NCBI GenBank assembly: GCA_026395915.1
Contig: JAPLXU010000011.1
Coordinates: 15,688 to 79,687, forward strand
Source: Candidatus Nomurabacteria bacterium
Lineage (GTDB): Bacteria; Patescibacteriota; Minisyncoccia; Phycocordibacterales; UBA9973
DNA length: 64,000 nt
Reading direction: 5' to 3'
Part shown: one piece after another, positions 47,955 through 57,889 of the stretch
Numbering within the stretch: the stretch's first letter is position 1
How the letters are laid out: every line of letters starts with the position of its first letter
The notes under the pieces: generated by a model
What the model was told of the DNA's origin: nothing
Database searches by the model: none
Seen by the model: only the letters and a program-made list of their open reading frames with translations
Translations under genes and position numbers: made by a program

Positions 47955-48238
47955 TTAATCTTCTTCAATCCCTTCTATAAACATTTTTTGTTCTCCATTC
48001 CTTATTTTTGAATAAGGCATAACGCTCCAAAAAATAACATTGCCATCTCCAACTCTTCGTAATATAGTTTTTATCTTTCTTGATTTTTCCCCAACAATTG
48101 CAACAAGTCCCCAAAACTCAACTTCTTTCATTTTTACAAATCCGTCTTGTTTTGATTTTTTACCAATAGGCATTAATATTTTTCTATATTCTTGAATGGT
48201 TCCCGACTTCTCTATTATCTCTAATGCAAGTGGCATGA
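47955..48238 (-). CDS. Hypothetical small protein, 94 aa
   Basis: C-terminal part of ORF-track entry 47955..48581. The N-terminal half of that ORF is antisense to the IS30 5' region and is judged spurious. Confidence 0.3.
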
Positions 48239-48351
48239 GACGAAATTTTAGAAACTGTTCATTTTTATTTCTTTCTCTACGACTTGAAAATTGCAAATGA
48301 TGAAAACCCGAGTTCAATAAATAATTGCAACACTTCAAGTAAAATTGAAGC

Positions 48352-49401
48352 ATGCGAAAACAATCAAAACAGAAAAGAGTATTTGAACGAATCAGTTTCA
48401 AGGAACGAGTGATCATTGAAAACAGATATTGTGTAGACAAAAAGATGATAACGGATATCGCTAAAGAGTTAGATCGTCCAAAATCAGCCATCAGTCGGGA
48501 AATTGGAGGCAAACCACGTATCGGCAGAGGAAAGTATTCGGCTGATGCGAGACAAGCCGAAGTGGAGAAAAAGAGAAGCAATCAAGGCAGAAGAAGCAGA
48601 TTGGACTATGCGCCTCTTCGAGACTATGTTGTGACAAAACTGAAACTTGGTTGGTCTCCAGAACAAATTGAAGTCAGACTACCGATAGAGTATCCAGAAG
48701 ACAAAATGATGCGAATATCGGATGAAGCGATCTATCAGTATGTTTACTCGCAGATACGCAGAAATGGAAATGGGAAAGTTAAGCCGGGATGTGAAGATTT
48801 AAGAATATATCTGCCTAGAAGGCATACCCGAAGAGCTAAGAAAGGCTTTAGAAAAGCTCAGAAACTAGAGAGAATTGAGAGTCTGCCCTCTATTGAAAAC
48901 AGACCGAGGGAAGCGGAGAAAAGAAAAATAGTTGGACACTAGGAAGATGATTGCATCGTTTCCAGACAGAGCAAGGAGAGAATCAAATCAATCAATGAAA
49001 GAGCAAGCGGAATTGTATTTCTTGGAAAAATGAAAGACGGAACAAGTGAAGAATCAACTCGAGTGGTTTGTGAAAAGTTAAATGCGATACCATCGCCGTA
49101 TTTGAAAACACTTACTCGAGACAGAGGAACAGAAAATATGAGTTGGCAGAGAATACAAACAGAACTTGGGATAGATATTTACTTTGCTCACGCATACGCT
49201 TCTTACGAGAGAGGTTCCAATGAAAATCTGAACGGTTTAGTTAGACGATTTTTTCCAAAGAAAACAGATTTTAGCAAAATTTCTGATGAGGAAATTCACA
49301 GAGTCGAATATCTGCTGAATACTCGCCCGAGAAAGAGATTTGGAGGAAAGACCCCGCTTGAGGTATTATTAGAACTTACTGGTGTTGCGTTAGAATATTG
49401 A
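48352..49401 (+). pseudogene. IS30-family transposase, disrupted by in-frame TGG>TAG (GHWEGD > GH*EDD) and split into N-terminal HTH and C-terminal DDE ORFs
   Basis: The N-terminal ORF has IS30 HTH and LGWSPEQI. The stop is at 48940-48942. The sequence reads straight through in the same frame to the DDE-domain ORF (TLTRDRGTE...YFAHAYASYERGSNENLNGLVRRFFPKK...RPRKRFGGKTP). Confidence 0.75.
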
Positions 49402-49536
49402 ATGTACCAAACCATCTGAATTTAAAATAATTCTTTTTTGAAAATATGGACAATAAATTTCTTTTTTATCCAAATACAACTTTTCGGTTTTTTCTTTTAT
49501 CTTAATGAACGATTCATGATTTATATCCATAAAAAA

Positions 49537-50802
49537 TCATTCCTGCGATATCTTAATCAACCTTTGATATTTTACCATTCTTTCTGGTTTTATGGGAGAA
49601 CCGGCTTTGAGACCAAAACAACAGAAAGCATAGGCAAGATCGGCGATAAAATCATCGTCTGTCTCCCCGCTTCTGTGGCTGACAATAAGCTCAACGTCAT
49701 TTTCTCTCGCGAGTTGCATCGTTTCAAGCGTTTCTGTCAGAGTGCCAATCTGATTCGGCTTTATAATCATAGCATTTATACTTCTCTCTTCGATTGCTTT
49801 TTTGAGAAGAATTTTATTTGAGACAGTTAGATCATCTCCAACTACTAATAAATTCTTGTTTTCTTCTCTTAATTTTCTAAAATCCTCAAAATCTTCTTCA
49901 TCAAAAGAATCCTCAACGGAAAATAGATTAAATTCTTTTATCAAAGAATCATAAATTTTCATCAGATCTTCTTTGGTGATTTTTTTCCCATCAATTTCAT
50001 ACAACCCGTCCTTATAAAAAGACGACGAAGCCACATCGAGAGCCAACCTTGTCTTGTTTTCAAAATTATTTTCTTTAATAGCTTCAACCAAAAATTCAAG
50101 CGGTTTTCGTATGTCGGTTGTTTTCGGGGCAAAGCCTCCTTCGTCCCCCAACGCTAAAGATTCTTCGCCAAGTTCGCGAGTAATAATTTTTTTCAAACTA
50201 TCTTGAACCTTCAATCCAATTTCGCAAGCTTCCTTTGCATCGTCAATCATAGAAACAACATGGTATTCTTGAAAAGCTAAATTGTTTTTAGCATGTTTGC
50301 CGCCATTTATCAGATTCATGTAAAGATGAGGCGCTTTTCTTGCTTGCCCTGAACCTTGTTGAAGGGAAGGTTTTATTTTTGTTGATGCTTGCCCTGAGTC
50401 TAGTCGAATGGTTCGCAAATATTCAAAAACTTCCATACCGGAAACTTTTGCAGCAACTTTCGCCACGGCAATGCTGACACCAATCATGGAATTAGCTCCT
50501 AAATTGTCTTTATTGGAGGTGCCATCTAACTCAATCATTATTCCGTCGATTTCTTCTTGTTCCAAAACATTCTGACCAATCAAAAGTGGAGCAATCATAT
50601 TATTCACTTTCAAAATCGCATCTTTTACACCTTTTCCATCCTTATCTCGCAACTCATGCGCCTCATGAATACCTGTGCTTGCGCCGGATGGCACGGAAAA
50701 ACTGCCTGATTTGTCGCCGACAAAAACCGTCACTTTGATTGTCGGATTTCCTCGTGAATCTTTTATCTCTTCTGCTATTATTTTTGTAATATTATTTTGC
50801 AT
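49537..50802 (-). CDS. eno: Enolase (phosphopyruvate hydratase)
   Basis: 421 aa. Enolase signature (SHRSGETDD, MIKPNQIGT) with a lineage-specific loop insert of about 20 aa before LYMNLINGG. Confidence 0.95.
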   Translation of the reverse strand: MQNNITKIIAEEIKDSRGNPTIKVTVFVGDKSGSFSVPSGASTGIHEAHELRDKDGKGVKDAILKVNNMIAPLLIGQNVLEQEEIDGIMIELDGTSNKDNLGANSMIGVSIAVAKVAAKVSGMEVFEYLRTIRLDSGQASTKIKPSLQQGSGQARKAPHLYMNLINGGKHAKNNLAFQEYHVVSMIDDAKEACEIGLKVQDSLKKIITRELGEESLALGDEGGFAPKTTDIRKPLEFLVEAIKENNFENKTRLALDVASSSFYKDGLYEIDGKKITKEDLMKIYDSLIKEFNLFSVEDSFDEEDFEDFRKLREENKNLLVVGDDLTVSNKILLKKAIEERSINAMIIKPNQIGTLTETLETMQLARENDVELIVSHRSGETDDDFIADLAYAFCCFGLKAGSPIKPERMVKYQRLIKISQE

Positions 50803-50812
50803 TCTTTCTATT

Positions 50813-51601
50813 TTACCATATTTTTGAAAGATTTACCCACATAGATTCAAATAGAAAATGAACAATCTCAAACATTAATTTATCTTCAATGAGCACAATC
50901 TTAATTGTGTTGTTGTCTTTTGAAATTAAACAGATATTATTCCCAAATAATGCCAAAACAGCAGGAATATTAAAGTCTTTGTCTAAGAAACGAAAATACC
51001 TCTGCTCCCCAATCATCTGACTAAATTTATTATATTGAAGAATCCTTTTATCAGTGATTGCATATGTAGTTGTTCCTTGTTTTAATCTTTTGACAGTGAG
51101 AAGTCGATAAAGGTTCTTTTCTCCAATTATAGACAAAAGAGTTTCTATCGATCCTATCCAATAAATATCTTTTTTGACTTCCAGTATTTTGTCTATTACG
51201 AATTTAGAACCTTCTTCTCCTTCGTAATTATAAACTTTAGAATTGGTACCGTTCTTTTCAATCATATTCCCAAGTTTAAACACTAATTCTCTAACTATTT
51301 CTTCTTCTTGATTTATCTTTTCTTTTTTCTTTTGAATATATCTCTTTAGGGATTGTTTGGGTGATAATGCCGTTATGTATTTTTTTGATTTCTTAACTTC
51401 GTAAGCTATCAGACCTTTTTGTTTTAATTTTTCCAAATAAAAATATATCGTGGCTCTTTTAAGTCCCGTATGTTTAACTAAACTTGTTGGTGTATTTAAT
51501 TCCTCTTGTAGGCAAGCAAGGTAAACGTTTATTTCCTTTTCTTCAAATCCTAATTCTTTTAGCTGTTTTTCCATATTAATGTCGACATTTATTGACACCA
51601 T
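50813..51601 (-). CDS. TrmB-family (sugar-specific) transcriptional regulator
   Basis: N-terminal TrmB wHTH (LKELGFEEKEINVYLACLQ) plus C-terminal effector-like domain. Confidence 0.65.
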   Translation of the reverse strand: MVSINVDINMEKQLKELGFEEKEINVYLACLQEELNTPTSLVKHTGLKRATIYFYLEKLKQKGLIAYEVKKSKKYITALSPKQSLKRYIQKKKEKINQEEEIVRELVFKLGNMIEKNGTNSKVYNYEGEEGSKFVIDKILEVKKDIYWIGSIETLLSIIGEKNLYRLLTVKRLKQGTTTYAITDKRILQYNKFSQMIGEQRYFRFLDKDFNIPAVLALFGNNICLISKDNNTIKIVLIEDKLMFEIVHFLFESMWVNLSKIW

Positions 51602-51712
51602 TAGTATATACTAAAACCTATATTTTGCAAGTGTAAATATAGATAATGAAACAAATTAAACATTTCTGTAAAAATATCTTTGACACTATGTTGCTATAAG
51701 CATTAAATAATA

Positions 51713-52165
51713 ATGAAGTTCCAAAATAGTGAAAAAAATATGAAAACAGTTCTTGTTTGTGATCGGCAAGTCCAAATGCCATCACCCGTATACATTATTC
51801 CTGAAACGATGCAAATCTCGGAAGAGACTAACACCATTTCGGGAAAATGCTTGTTCCCATCATCTGATCCGTCGGTCGGCGACCGCAAGGATCATGCAAA
51901 CGTCTGCCATGAAATGTTCACAGTTTGGAACTGTGCTTACGTCTGGGCAGAAAGAAAGGGCTGGGGTCGGCTCTTTGTCATTGAATCACATCAAAGCATC
52001 AGGAGGATGACACCCCCTGACACGGAAATTGACTTCGTGGTTAAGTTGAAGAAGGCGACAAAACGAGGCAACCGTGTCATCGGTTCCGCCGAGGCTAAAT
52101 TCAGCCTCAAAGGAATGACCCTATCCCTGATCGTTGTTGACAAGTTCGCCAATAAGAAGGTCTGA
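51713..52165 (+). CDS. Hypothetical protein (GC-rich relative to genome)
   Basis: 150-aa ORF followed by a long imperfect hairpin terminator (ccccttacctctggtcgg-tttc-cgaccaagtaggggg). Confidence 0.35.
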   Translation: MKFQNSEKNMKTVLVCDRQVQMPSPVYIIPETMQISEETNTISGKCLFPSSDPSVGDRKDHANVCHEMFTVWNCAYVWAERKGWGRLFVIESHQSIRRMTPPDTEIDFVVKLKKATKRGNRVIGSAEAKFSLKGMTLSLIVVDKFANKKV

Positions 52166-52238
52166 AGTTATCTCATCGCACCCCTTACCTCTGGTCGGTT
52201 TCCGACCAAGTAGGGGGTTTAAGTTTTATATGCAAATA

Positions 52239-53525
52239 TTATTTCTTCGTCAATAAAATCATCAAGTCGGAAACGTTCGCGCCAGTCGGACCTGTCATAA
52301 TCAAATCGCCTGTCTTTTGGAAAAAATTATACGAATCAAATCTCGCCAAATAATCATCTGCATTTAAATTCAGTTTCTCAGCTTTTTCAAGTGTACTTAT
52401 ATCCACAACTGCTCCAGCAACATCGCTATTGTCCATGCCATCGCTCGCAAGCGATATAAATACTGAATCTTGAAAATCTTTTTTATTAATCGTCAACATT
52501 TTGATTGCCTGAAGCCCCATGTGAAGATTCCTGCCTCCCTTCCCGCCTTTAACACTGACATGAATAGATGGTTCGCCAGCAGCTAAGATAACAGAATTTT
52601 CTTTTTTCTCAGAAAATATTTTTTTGACCGCGCTACTAATTTCATCATACAGATCGGTCGAAATAATATCAGTTTTTAAGCCTAATTCTTTCGCTTTTTT
52701 ATCCATTGCCTCCACGGCTGTTATGTTTGAAACAAGCGCAAAATTATGGACTTTCTCAAAATATTTGTCTTCTTTAATGGTTTCCAGCAAATCAAATCTC
52801 CCCAGTCCGCTTTCATTAATAATCTTTTCCGCGTCCAAAACAGTGCTTCGATCCTTGTAAGTTGGTCCAGACGAAACATCTTCAAAATGATTCCCGGGGA
52901 TATCGGAAAAAACAAGTCCAATTACTGTCGCTGGAAAAGCTATTTTCGCAAGACCTCCGCCTTTCAAAATAGACAGATGTTTACGAACGGTATTCAATTC
53001 TTCTATGGTCTTCCCGGCTTTTAGGAATTCATCATAAAATTTTATGCCTTGCGCGCATTCTTCATCCGAGTAACACAAGAGAGCCGAACCTCCACCGGAA
53101 ACAAGAACGATAACCAAATCTTCTTCACTTGAATTTTCAACTATTTCATAGATTTTTTTCCCGGCAATCACGTTTGCGTGACTAGGTTTCGGATGAGTGC
53201 CTTCAAAAGTCTCTATATATTTGAGATTCGTTTTATGAAGCCCGATCACGGCGCCCTCTGTTATTTTTGAACCTAAAATTTCTTCGAGAGCGCGAGCTGC
53301 GTCAATAGACGCCTTGCCAAAACCGACAACTTTTATTTTTTTGAATTTAGACAAGTCAAAACTTTCTCCGAGAACGCTCAAAATGTTATCTTGCAGTTTG
53401 ACAGAATTTATAATCACGTTTTCGGTATTAATAGCAACCAGCCCAGCTTCGGCTATAGACAAAGCTAATTTGCGATTCTCTGTCGTTGCTAATTTATCAA
53501 AATTCTTAATCAGATTTTCCATCAT
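52239..53525 (-). CDS. Glycerate kinase (MOFRL/glycerate 2-kinase family)
   Basis: 428 aa. DUF4147-like N-terminus (VVGFGKAS) and MOFRL C-terminus (LASDGMDNSD, GPTGANVSD). Confidence 0.8.
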   Translation of the reverse strand: MMENLIKNFDKLATTENRKLALSIAEAGLVAINTENVIINSVKLQDNILSVLGESFDLSKFKKIKVVGFGKASIDAARALEEILGSKITEGAVIGLHKTNLKYIETFEGTHPKPSHANVIAGKKIYEIVENSSEEDLVIVLVSGGGSALLCYSDEECAQGIKFYDEFLKAGKTIEELNTVRKHLSILKGGGLAKIAFPATVIGLVFSDIPGNHFEDVSSGPTYKDRSTVLDAEKIINESGLGRFDLLETIKEDKYFEKVHNFALVSNITAVEAMDKKAKELGLKTDIISTDLYDEISSAVKKIFSEKKENSVILAAGEPSIHVSVKGGKGGRNLHMGLQAIKMLTINKKDFQDSVFISLASDGMDNSDVAGAVVDISTLEKAEKLNLNADDYLARFDSYNFFQKTGDLIMTGPTGANVSDLMILLTKK

Positions 53526-53527
53526 TA

Positions 53528-54541
53528 TTACTTTACAAGATTAATAGGATTATTATCAATAAAACCTTTTATGTTAGCAATCGTCGTCTTGAATATTTCA
53601 GAAACTGCTTCACGAGTATAGAAAGCGATATGAGGAGTAATGATGACATTAGGCATTTCCATAAGGACATGATCCTCGAGCATGGTTTTGTAATCATTCG
53701 TCCTAGCCAATCTAGAAGAAGAAGTGAGAAGCTCCATCTCGTCTTTTAATTCATTCTCGCCTTCTAAAACATCAAGACCAGCTCCAGCTATAATGCCCTC
53801 TTTCAAGCCCCAAACTAGAGCATCGGTATCAATAAGTTCTCCACGAGCAGTATTTACCAGAAGAACTCCTTTTTTCATCGTAGAAATATTATTTTTGTTT
53901 ATTAAATGAACATTTTCTTTTGTTGAAGGGGCATGAAGGGTTATTATGTCAGATTGCGAAATAACTTCTTCAAAAGTTTTATATTGAAAATTATTTTCTT
54001 TAGCAAAAACTAAATCTGGATATAGATCGTAAGCTATTACATTTATTCCAAAACCTTTGGCAATTTTCAAAACATTCTTTCCGATCTTTCCTGTTCCAAT
54101 AATTCCTAATGTTTTATCTACCAAATCAAAACCCTCCATTTCCAGAAAATAATTGAAATCAGATTTTTCTTTTATATAATTATTTGCTTTTAAAATATTT
54201 CTTGAAAGATTCAAGATAAGCCCAAAAGCGAATTCTGCCACTGTATGAGAACCATAAGCTGGCACATTTGAAACTTTTATGCCTTTGGTTTGCGCATACT
54301 CGCAATCAATATTGTTGTACCCTGTGGCGCGCGTAGCAATAAACTTTAGATTTGGCAAGGCATCGATAACTTTTTTATTTACTACAGAATTAACGAAGAC
54401 ACAAACGACATCAGAATCTTTCGCTTTTTCTGTATTGTTTTCGTCTAATTTTCCCTCAATAAAAGAAATATCTGCACCATTAAAAGACTGAGAAAAAAAT
54501 GACTGATCTACTTTTTCTACTCCAAAAAATGTTATTTTCAT
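53528..54541 (-). CDS. D-isomer-specific 2-hydroxyacid dehydrogenase (hydroxypyruvate/glycerate dehydrogenase-like)
   Basis: 337 aa. NAD motif GIIGTGKIGK and catalytic R/E/H arrangement typical of 2-Hacid_dh. Confidence 0.85.
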   Translation of the reverse strand: MKITFFGVEKVDQSFFSQSFNGADISFIEGKLDENNTEKAKDSDVVCVFVNSVVNKKVIDALPNLKFIATRATGYNNIDCEYAQTKGIKVSNVPAYGSHTVAEFAFGLILNLSRNILKANNYIKEKSDFNYFLEMEGFDLVDKTLGIIGTGKIGKNVLKIAKGFGINVIAYDLYPDLVFAKENNFQYKTFEEVISQSDIITLHAPSTKENVHLINKNNISTMKKGVLLVNTARGELIDTDALVWGLKEGIIAGAGLDVLEGENELKDEMELLTSSSRLARTNDYKTMLEDHVLMEMPNVIITPHIAFYTREAVSEIFKTTIANIKGFIDNNPINLVK

Positions 54542-54558
54542 AACCTCATTGTATCATA

Positions 54559-54966
54559 TTACTTAAAAAAATTCCTCAAAAAAGAAAAGAAACCTCCTGA
54601 TTCTTGTTTTGGAACTGCGGGCGGGGTTTTGTCATCAACTATCACGATCACATTTTCCCCTTCTTTTGCCACCGGAAATTTCTCACGAATGCTTTCCTCC
54701 ACACCATTTTCCGTCTTTAATTTTGAAATATCTGTTGAAAGTTTTTCTTTCTCTTTCTCTAATTCAGTAACTTTGTTTTCCGCGATCTTTCTATTTTCTG
54801 TCGTTATCTGCATTTTCCCCATAAACCGGACTACTCCATAAGCAAAAACGAACAGTAAAATGACTAACAACGTCAAAAATGGCCTCGAATGCAAAATATT
54901 CCTAAATCCCCTTTTTTGTTGAAAACTTTTCATAGTATGATATGATAAGTATATGCTTTTCAACAA
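54559..54966 (-). CDS. Septum formation initiator (FtsB/DivIC-like)
   Basis: 135 aa, single TM plus coiled-coil (ENKVTELEKEKEKLSTDISKLK). Confidence 0.55.
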   Translation of the reverse strand: MLKSIYLSYHTMKSFQQKRGFRNILHSRPFLTLLVILLFVFAYGVVRFMGKMQITTENRKIAENKVTELEKEKEKLSTDISKLKTENGVEESIREKFPVAKEGENVIVIVDDKTPPAVPKQESGGFFSFLRNFFK

Positions 54967-55239
54967 AAAACATCAAAAGAAAATACAAGTAGCGTGGGCG
55001 ATTGTCAGCGTTCTCATTATCATCAGCATGATCTTGCTCTATTCGCCGATTTTTAGACTGAAATAAAATAAATTAAGATTTTTTATTTTCTACCATCTTT
55101 TACATATGTTCGAGATAGTAGACATGAACTTTTTATTAAAAATGATAAAGCCCGCTTCTATGTTGAAAACGGGCCTTTACGATACGCGACAATTTTTTAT
55201 AGAGGAAGTCGCGACGATTCCTATGACGATAGCAAGAGA

Positions 55240-55845
55240 CTACTCCTCCTTCACAAGCAAAAGAAGCAACTCTTCCTCACTCAACTTTTTTAGGTGGGCA
55301 TAAAGAATACTCCTCAGAATAGGTCGTGCCCATATAGGGATGCCAGACTCATCACCCGTTGCCCGTTGCTCAAGGAGTCTTAGCCGACAAGCTTTTTCCA
55401 GAGCAGGACCAGAGATAGATGTGAGTTTCGCAAGGTAGTTTGAAAGCGTACCAAGCTCCGATTCGGGAAGTACTGGAAGTTTCATTCTATTTTTCTCAAA
55501 TAGCAAACTTGCAATTGTCGTGTAAACACATTCCGGAACATAGACATCCGTACCAACCGAGACAGCGATCAAGAGTCCCACGACTACTGCCTGGATACTT
55601 TCCGTTTGGGTGAAACGGTCGTCTTGTAGAGCTTCCTTTAGACTCCTAAGAATTTCTGGGATAGCTAAGGGGCAAGCAAGAACGGAGAGTGCCACATCTG
55701 TTCTTATTTCTTCGCAACCCTCACTGTAAATCCTGCGAGAGACAAGTGCCCATTTTTTCATATCTCCTTGATCACTCGCGAAAAACGCAATTACATCAAG
55801 AGATTTTGTAACCAGACCCATCTGCTTTATTTCTTTTTCAGTCAT
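55240..55845 (-). CDS. Hypothetical protein (GC-rich relative to genome)
   Basis: 201-aa ORF preceded by an unusual repeated-hairpin leader at 55849-55950. Confidence 0.4.
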   Translation of the reverse strand: MTEKEIKQMGLVTKSLDVIAFFASDQGDMKKWALVSRRIYSEGCEEIRTDVALSVLACPLAIPEILRSLKEALQDDRFTQTESIQAVVVGLLIAVSVGTDVYVPECVYTTIASLLFEKNRMKLPVLPESELGTLSNYLAKLTSISGPALEKACRLRLLEQRATGDESGIPIWARPILRSILYAHLKKLSEEELLLLLVKEE

Positions 55846-55848
55846 GAC

Positions 55849-55950
55849 AAACCCTTTCAGGTTTTACTTCCCTTTCAGGAAGAATTTTTCAAGGTTCAAT
55901 ACAGTTGTTGAGCATCCCCTTTCAGGTAGCCTGCCCTTTGAGGCAAAGAT
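55849..55950 (-). promoter_or_regulatory. Leader region with three to four consecutive stem-loops sharing loop CCTGAAAGGG and co-varying stems
   Basis: On the minus strand: gCCTCAAAGGGCagg, taCCTGAAAGGGga, cTTCC-TGAAAG-GGAAg, aAACC-TGAAAG-GGTTTgtcATG. Confidence 0.45.
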
Positions 55951-56029
55951 CATCGTGAACCGTTTCAACAATCTACTTGTAAATATAACATTTTGTTAAC
56001 TTGTTGTAAAGTACACCGTAATATTAATT

Positions 56030-57886
56030 CTATTTCTCCCCACTACGCATCATTTTCAGGAATACATCTTGCGGGATGTTTACTTTGCCTCTTTCTTTCA
56101 TTTTCTTCTTGCCCTTTTTTTGTTTTTCCCTGAGTTTCATCTTTCGAGTGATGTCACCTCCATACATGTGCGCAGTGACGTCTTTTTTCATGCCGGAAAG
56201 CGTACGGGAAGAAATAATTCTTCCAAAAGCTTTGCCTTGGATTTTCAGAGTAAACATTTGTCTTGGCAAAAGACTCTCGAGTTTCAAAACGGATTGTTCC
56301 GCCTCAATCTCCGCTCTTTTTTTGGAAACAACTTTAGAAAAAGCCGGCACAGGTTCGTCTGCAACAAGAACGTCTAATCGTGTGACATTCGCTTCGCGAT
56401 TTTCGGCTATTTCATAAGATATTGATCCATAACCAGACGTCGCGCTTTTTAGTTCATCAAAAAAATTACGCATAAGCTCGCGGAGAGGCATTCGAACAGA
56501 CAAAGATGATCTATTATCTCCAAAATTTTCCGTGTCCCCCACTTCCCCTTCGTGATCAAAAAGGATTTGCATAATATTGCCTAGATAATTCGATGGCGAG
56601 ATTATTTTCGCGTTCACCCATGGCTCAAAAACTGTCTTGATATTGCCATCGTCAGGAAAAAAATATGGAGAATAAACTTTTTCCCCGCCTGCAACGCTTT
56701 GCGTAGCATTGCGGGCAGGTCTTTTGTCATCATTGTAAAACACTTCATAGACGATAGAAGGCGTAGTTATGACCAAATTCAAATTAAATTCCCGCTTCAG
56801 TCTTTCTGTGATAATTTCTAAATGAAGCATGCCAAGAAAACCACAGCGGAATCCTCTGCCGAGAGATCCAGACGATTCTTCTTCAAAAGAAAAAGATGAA
56901 TCAGAAAGCTTTAATTTGCCCAAGGCTAGCTTGAGAAGAGCAAAATCGTCAGCATCTTCTGGAAAAACACTAGCCCAAACCACAGGCATAGGTTGCATAT
57001 ATCCTGAAAGCGCCTCTAAGGGAAATTCTGCTTTTGTGATAGTGTCTCCGACGGAAGCAATACCCGGCTTCTTGATGCCAGTGACAATATAGCCAATCTC
57101 TCCAGAAGAAAGAGACTCATGCGCATTTTCTTCAGGCGAAAATATGCCAACCTCCAAAGCGGTGAATTTTTCGTTTGACACAGCAAAAATCAAATCATCA
57201 CCTTTTTTCACATGACCATCAAGAATGCGTACAAAAACTATCACCCCACGATGATTTGAATACTTGAAATCAAAAACAAGAGCACGCAAAATATTCGGCT
57301 CACTTTCATTTTGAGAAGTTTTCGGCGCCGGGACACGTTTAATAATTTCTTGTAAAAGATTTTCCACTCCCTCTCCCGTCCTGCCAGACACTTGCAGAAT
57401 TTCTTCTTTTTTGCAATTTAAAAGTTTTACAACTTCGTCCTCTACTTCCGATATCCTTGCGAGTGGTGAATCAATTTTTGTGATAACCGGAATAATTTTT
57501 TTGATCATTTTTGAATCTTCTCCTTTAGCCATCGCAAGGGTAGTGAGAGTCTGCGCTTGGACTCCTTGAGTAGAATCAACCAATAAAATTGAACCTTCGA
57601 CAGCTTTCAAGGCGCGCGAAACTTCATAAGAAAAATCCACGTGACCCGGAGTATCAATAAGATTTAATATGTACTTTTCTTTATTGAAAGTATATTCCAT
57701 CCTAACAGGTTGCATTTTGATAGTGATCCCCCGTTCACGTTCGAGTTCCATTGAGTCGAGCACTTGGTCGCGCATCAAACGTTCTGGAACAGTGTGCGTA
57801 ATCTCAAGCATCCTGTCTGCCAAAGTGCTTTTGCCGTGGTCAATATGCGCAATTATTGAGAAATTTCTAATGTGTTTTAAATCCAT
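56030..57886 (-). CDS. lepA: Elongation factor 4 (LepA)
   Basis: 618 aa. G domain (AHIDHGKSTL, DTPGH, TKID) and LepA C-terminal domain. Carries a divergent 35-nt copy of the palindromic element (PARNATQSVAGG). Confidence 0.95.
   Translation of the reverse strand: MDLKHIRNFSIIAHIDHGKSTLADRMLEITHTVPERLMRDQVLDSMELERERGITIKMQPVRMEYTFNKEKYILNLIDTPGHVDFSYEVSRALKAVEGSILLVDSTQGVQAQTLTTLAMAKGEDSKMIKKIIPVITKIDSPLARISEVEDEVVKLLNCKKEEILQVSGRTGEGVENLLQEIIKRVPAPKTSQNESEPNILRALVFDFKYSNHRGVIVFVRILDGHVKKGDDLIFAVSNEKFTALEVGIFSPEENAHESLSSGEIGYIVTGIKKPGIASVGDTITKAEFPLEALSGYMQPMPVVWASVFPEDADDFALLKLALGKLKLSDSSFSFEEESSGSLGRGFRCGFLGMLHLEIITERLKREFNLNLVITTPSIVYEVFYNDDKRPARNATQSVAGGEKVYSPYFFPDDGNIKTVFEPWVNAKIISPSNYLGNIMQILFDHEGEVGDTENFGDNRSSLSVRMPLRELMRNFFDELKSATSGYGSISYEIAENREANVTRLDVLVADEPVPAFSKVVSKKRAEIEAEQSVLKLESLLPRQMFTLKIQGKAFGRIISSRTLSGMKKDVTAHMYGGDITRKMKLREKQKKGKKKMKERGKVNIPQDVFLKMMRSGEK
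56685..56719. repeat. In-frame palindromic element, copy 3 (in lepA, divergent centre, 3 nt shorter)
   Basis: ccgcctgca-ACGCtttGCGT-agcattgcgggcagg. The frame is preserved. Confidence 0.8.
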
Positions 57887-57889
57887 AAA

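Noticed and set aside
47955-48581. Full 208-aa ORF 47955..48581 (-)
   Set aside because: Its N-terminal half is antisense to the IS30 transposase 5' region and has hydrophobic junk composition. Only the C-terminal 94 codons were kept, as a low-confidence small gene.
48940-48942. Possible TAG stop-codon reassignment
   Set aside because: All conserved housekeeping genes here read correctly with the standard code and end at conventional stops. A single in-frame TAG at a conserved Trp of a transposase is better explained as a pseudogenising mutation.
50330-50420. Roughly 20-aa extra loop in enolase (SGQASTKIKPSLQQGSGQARK) as another palindromic insertion
   Set aside because: The nucleotide sequence shows a direct repeat (tcagggcaagca x2) but no inverted-repeat architecture and normal GC. 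More likely a lineage-specific loop expansion than a mobile palindrome.
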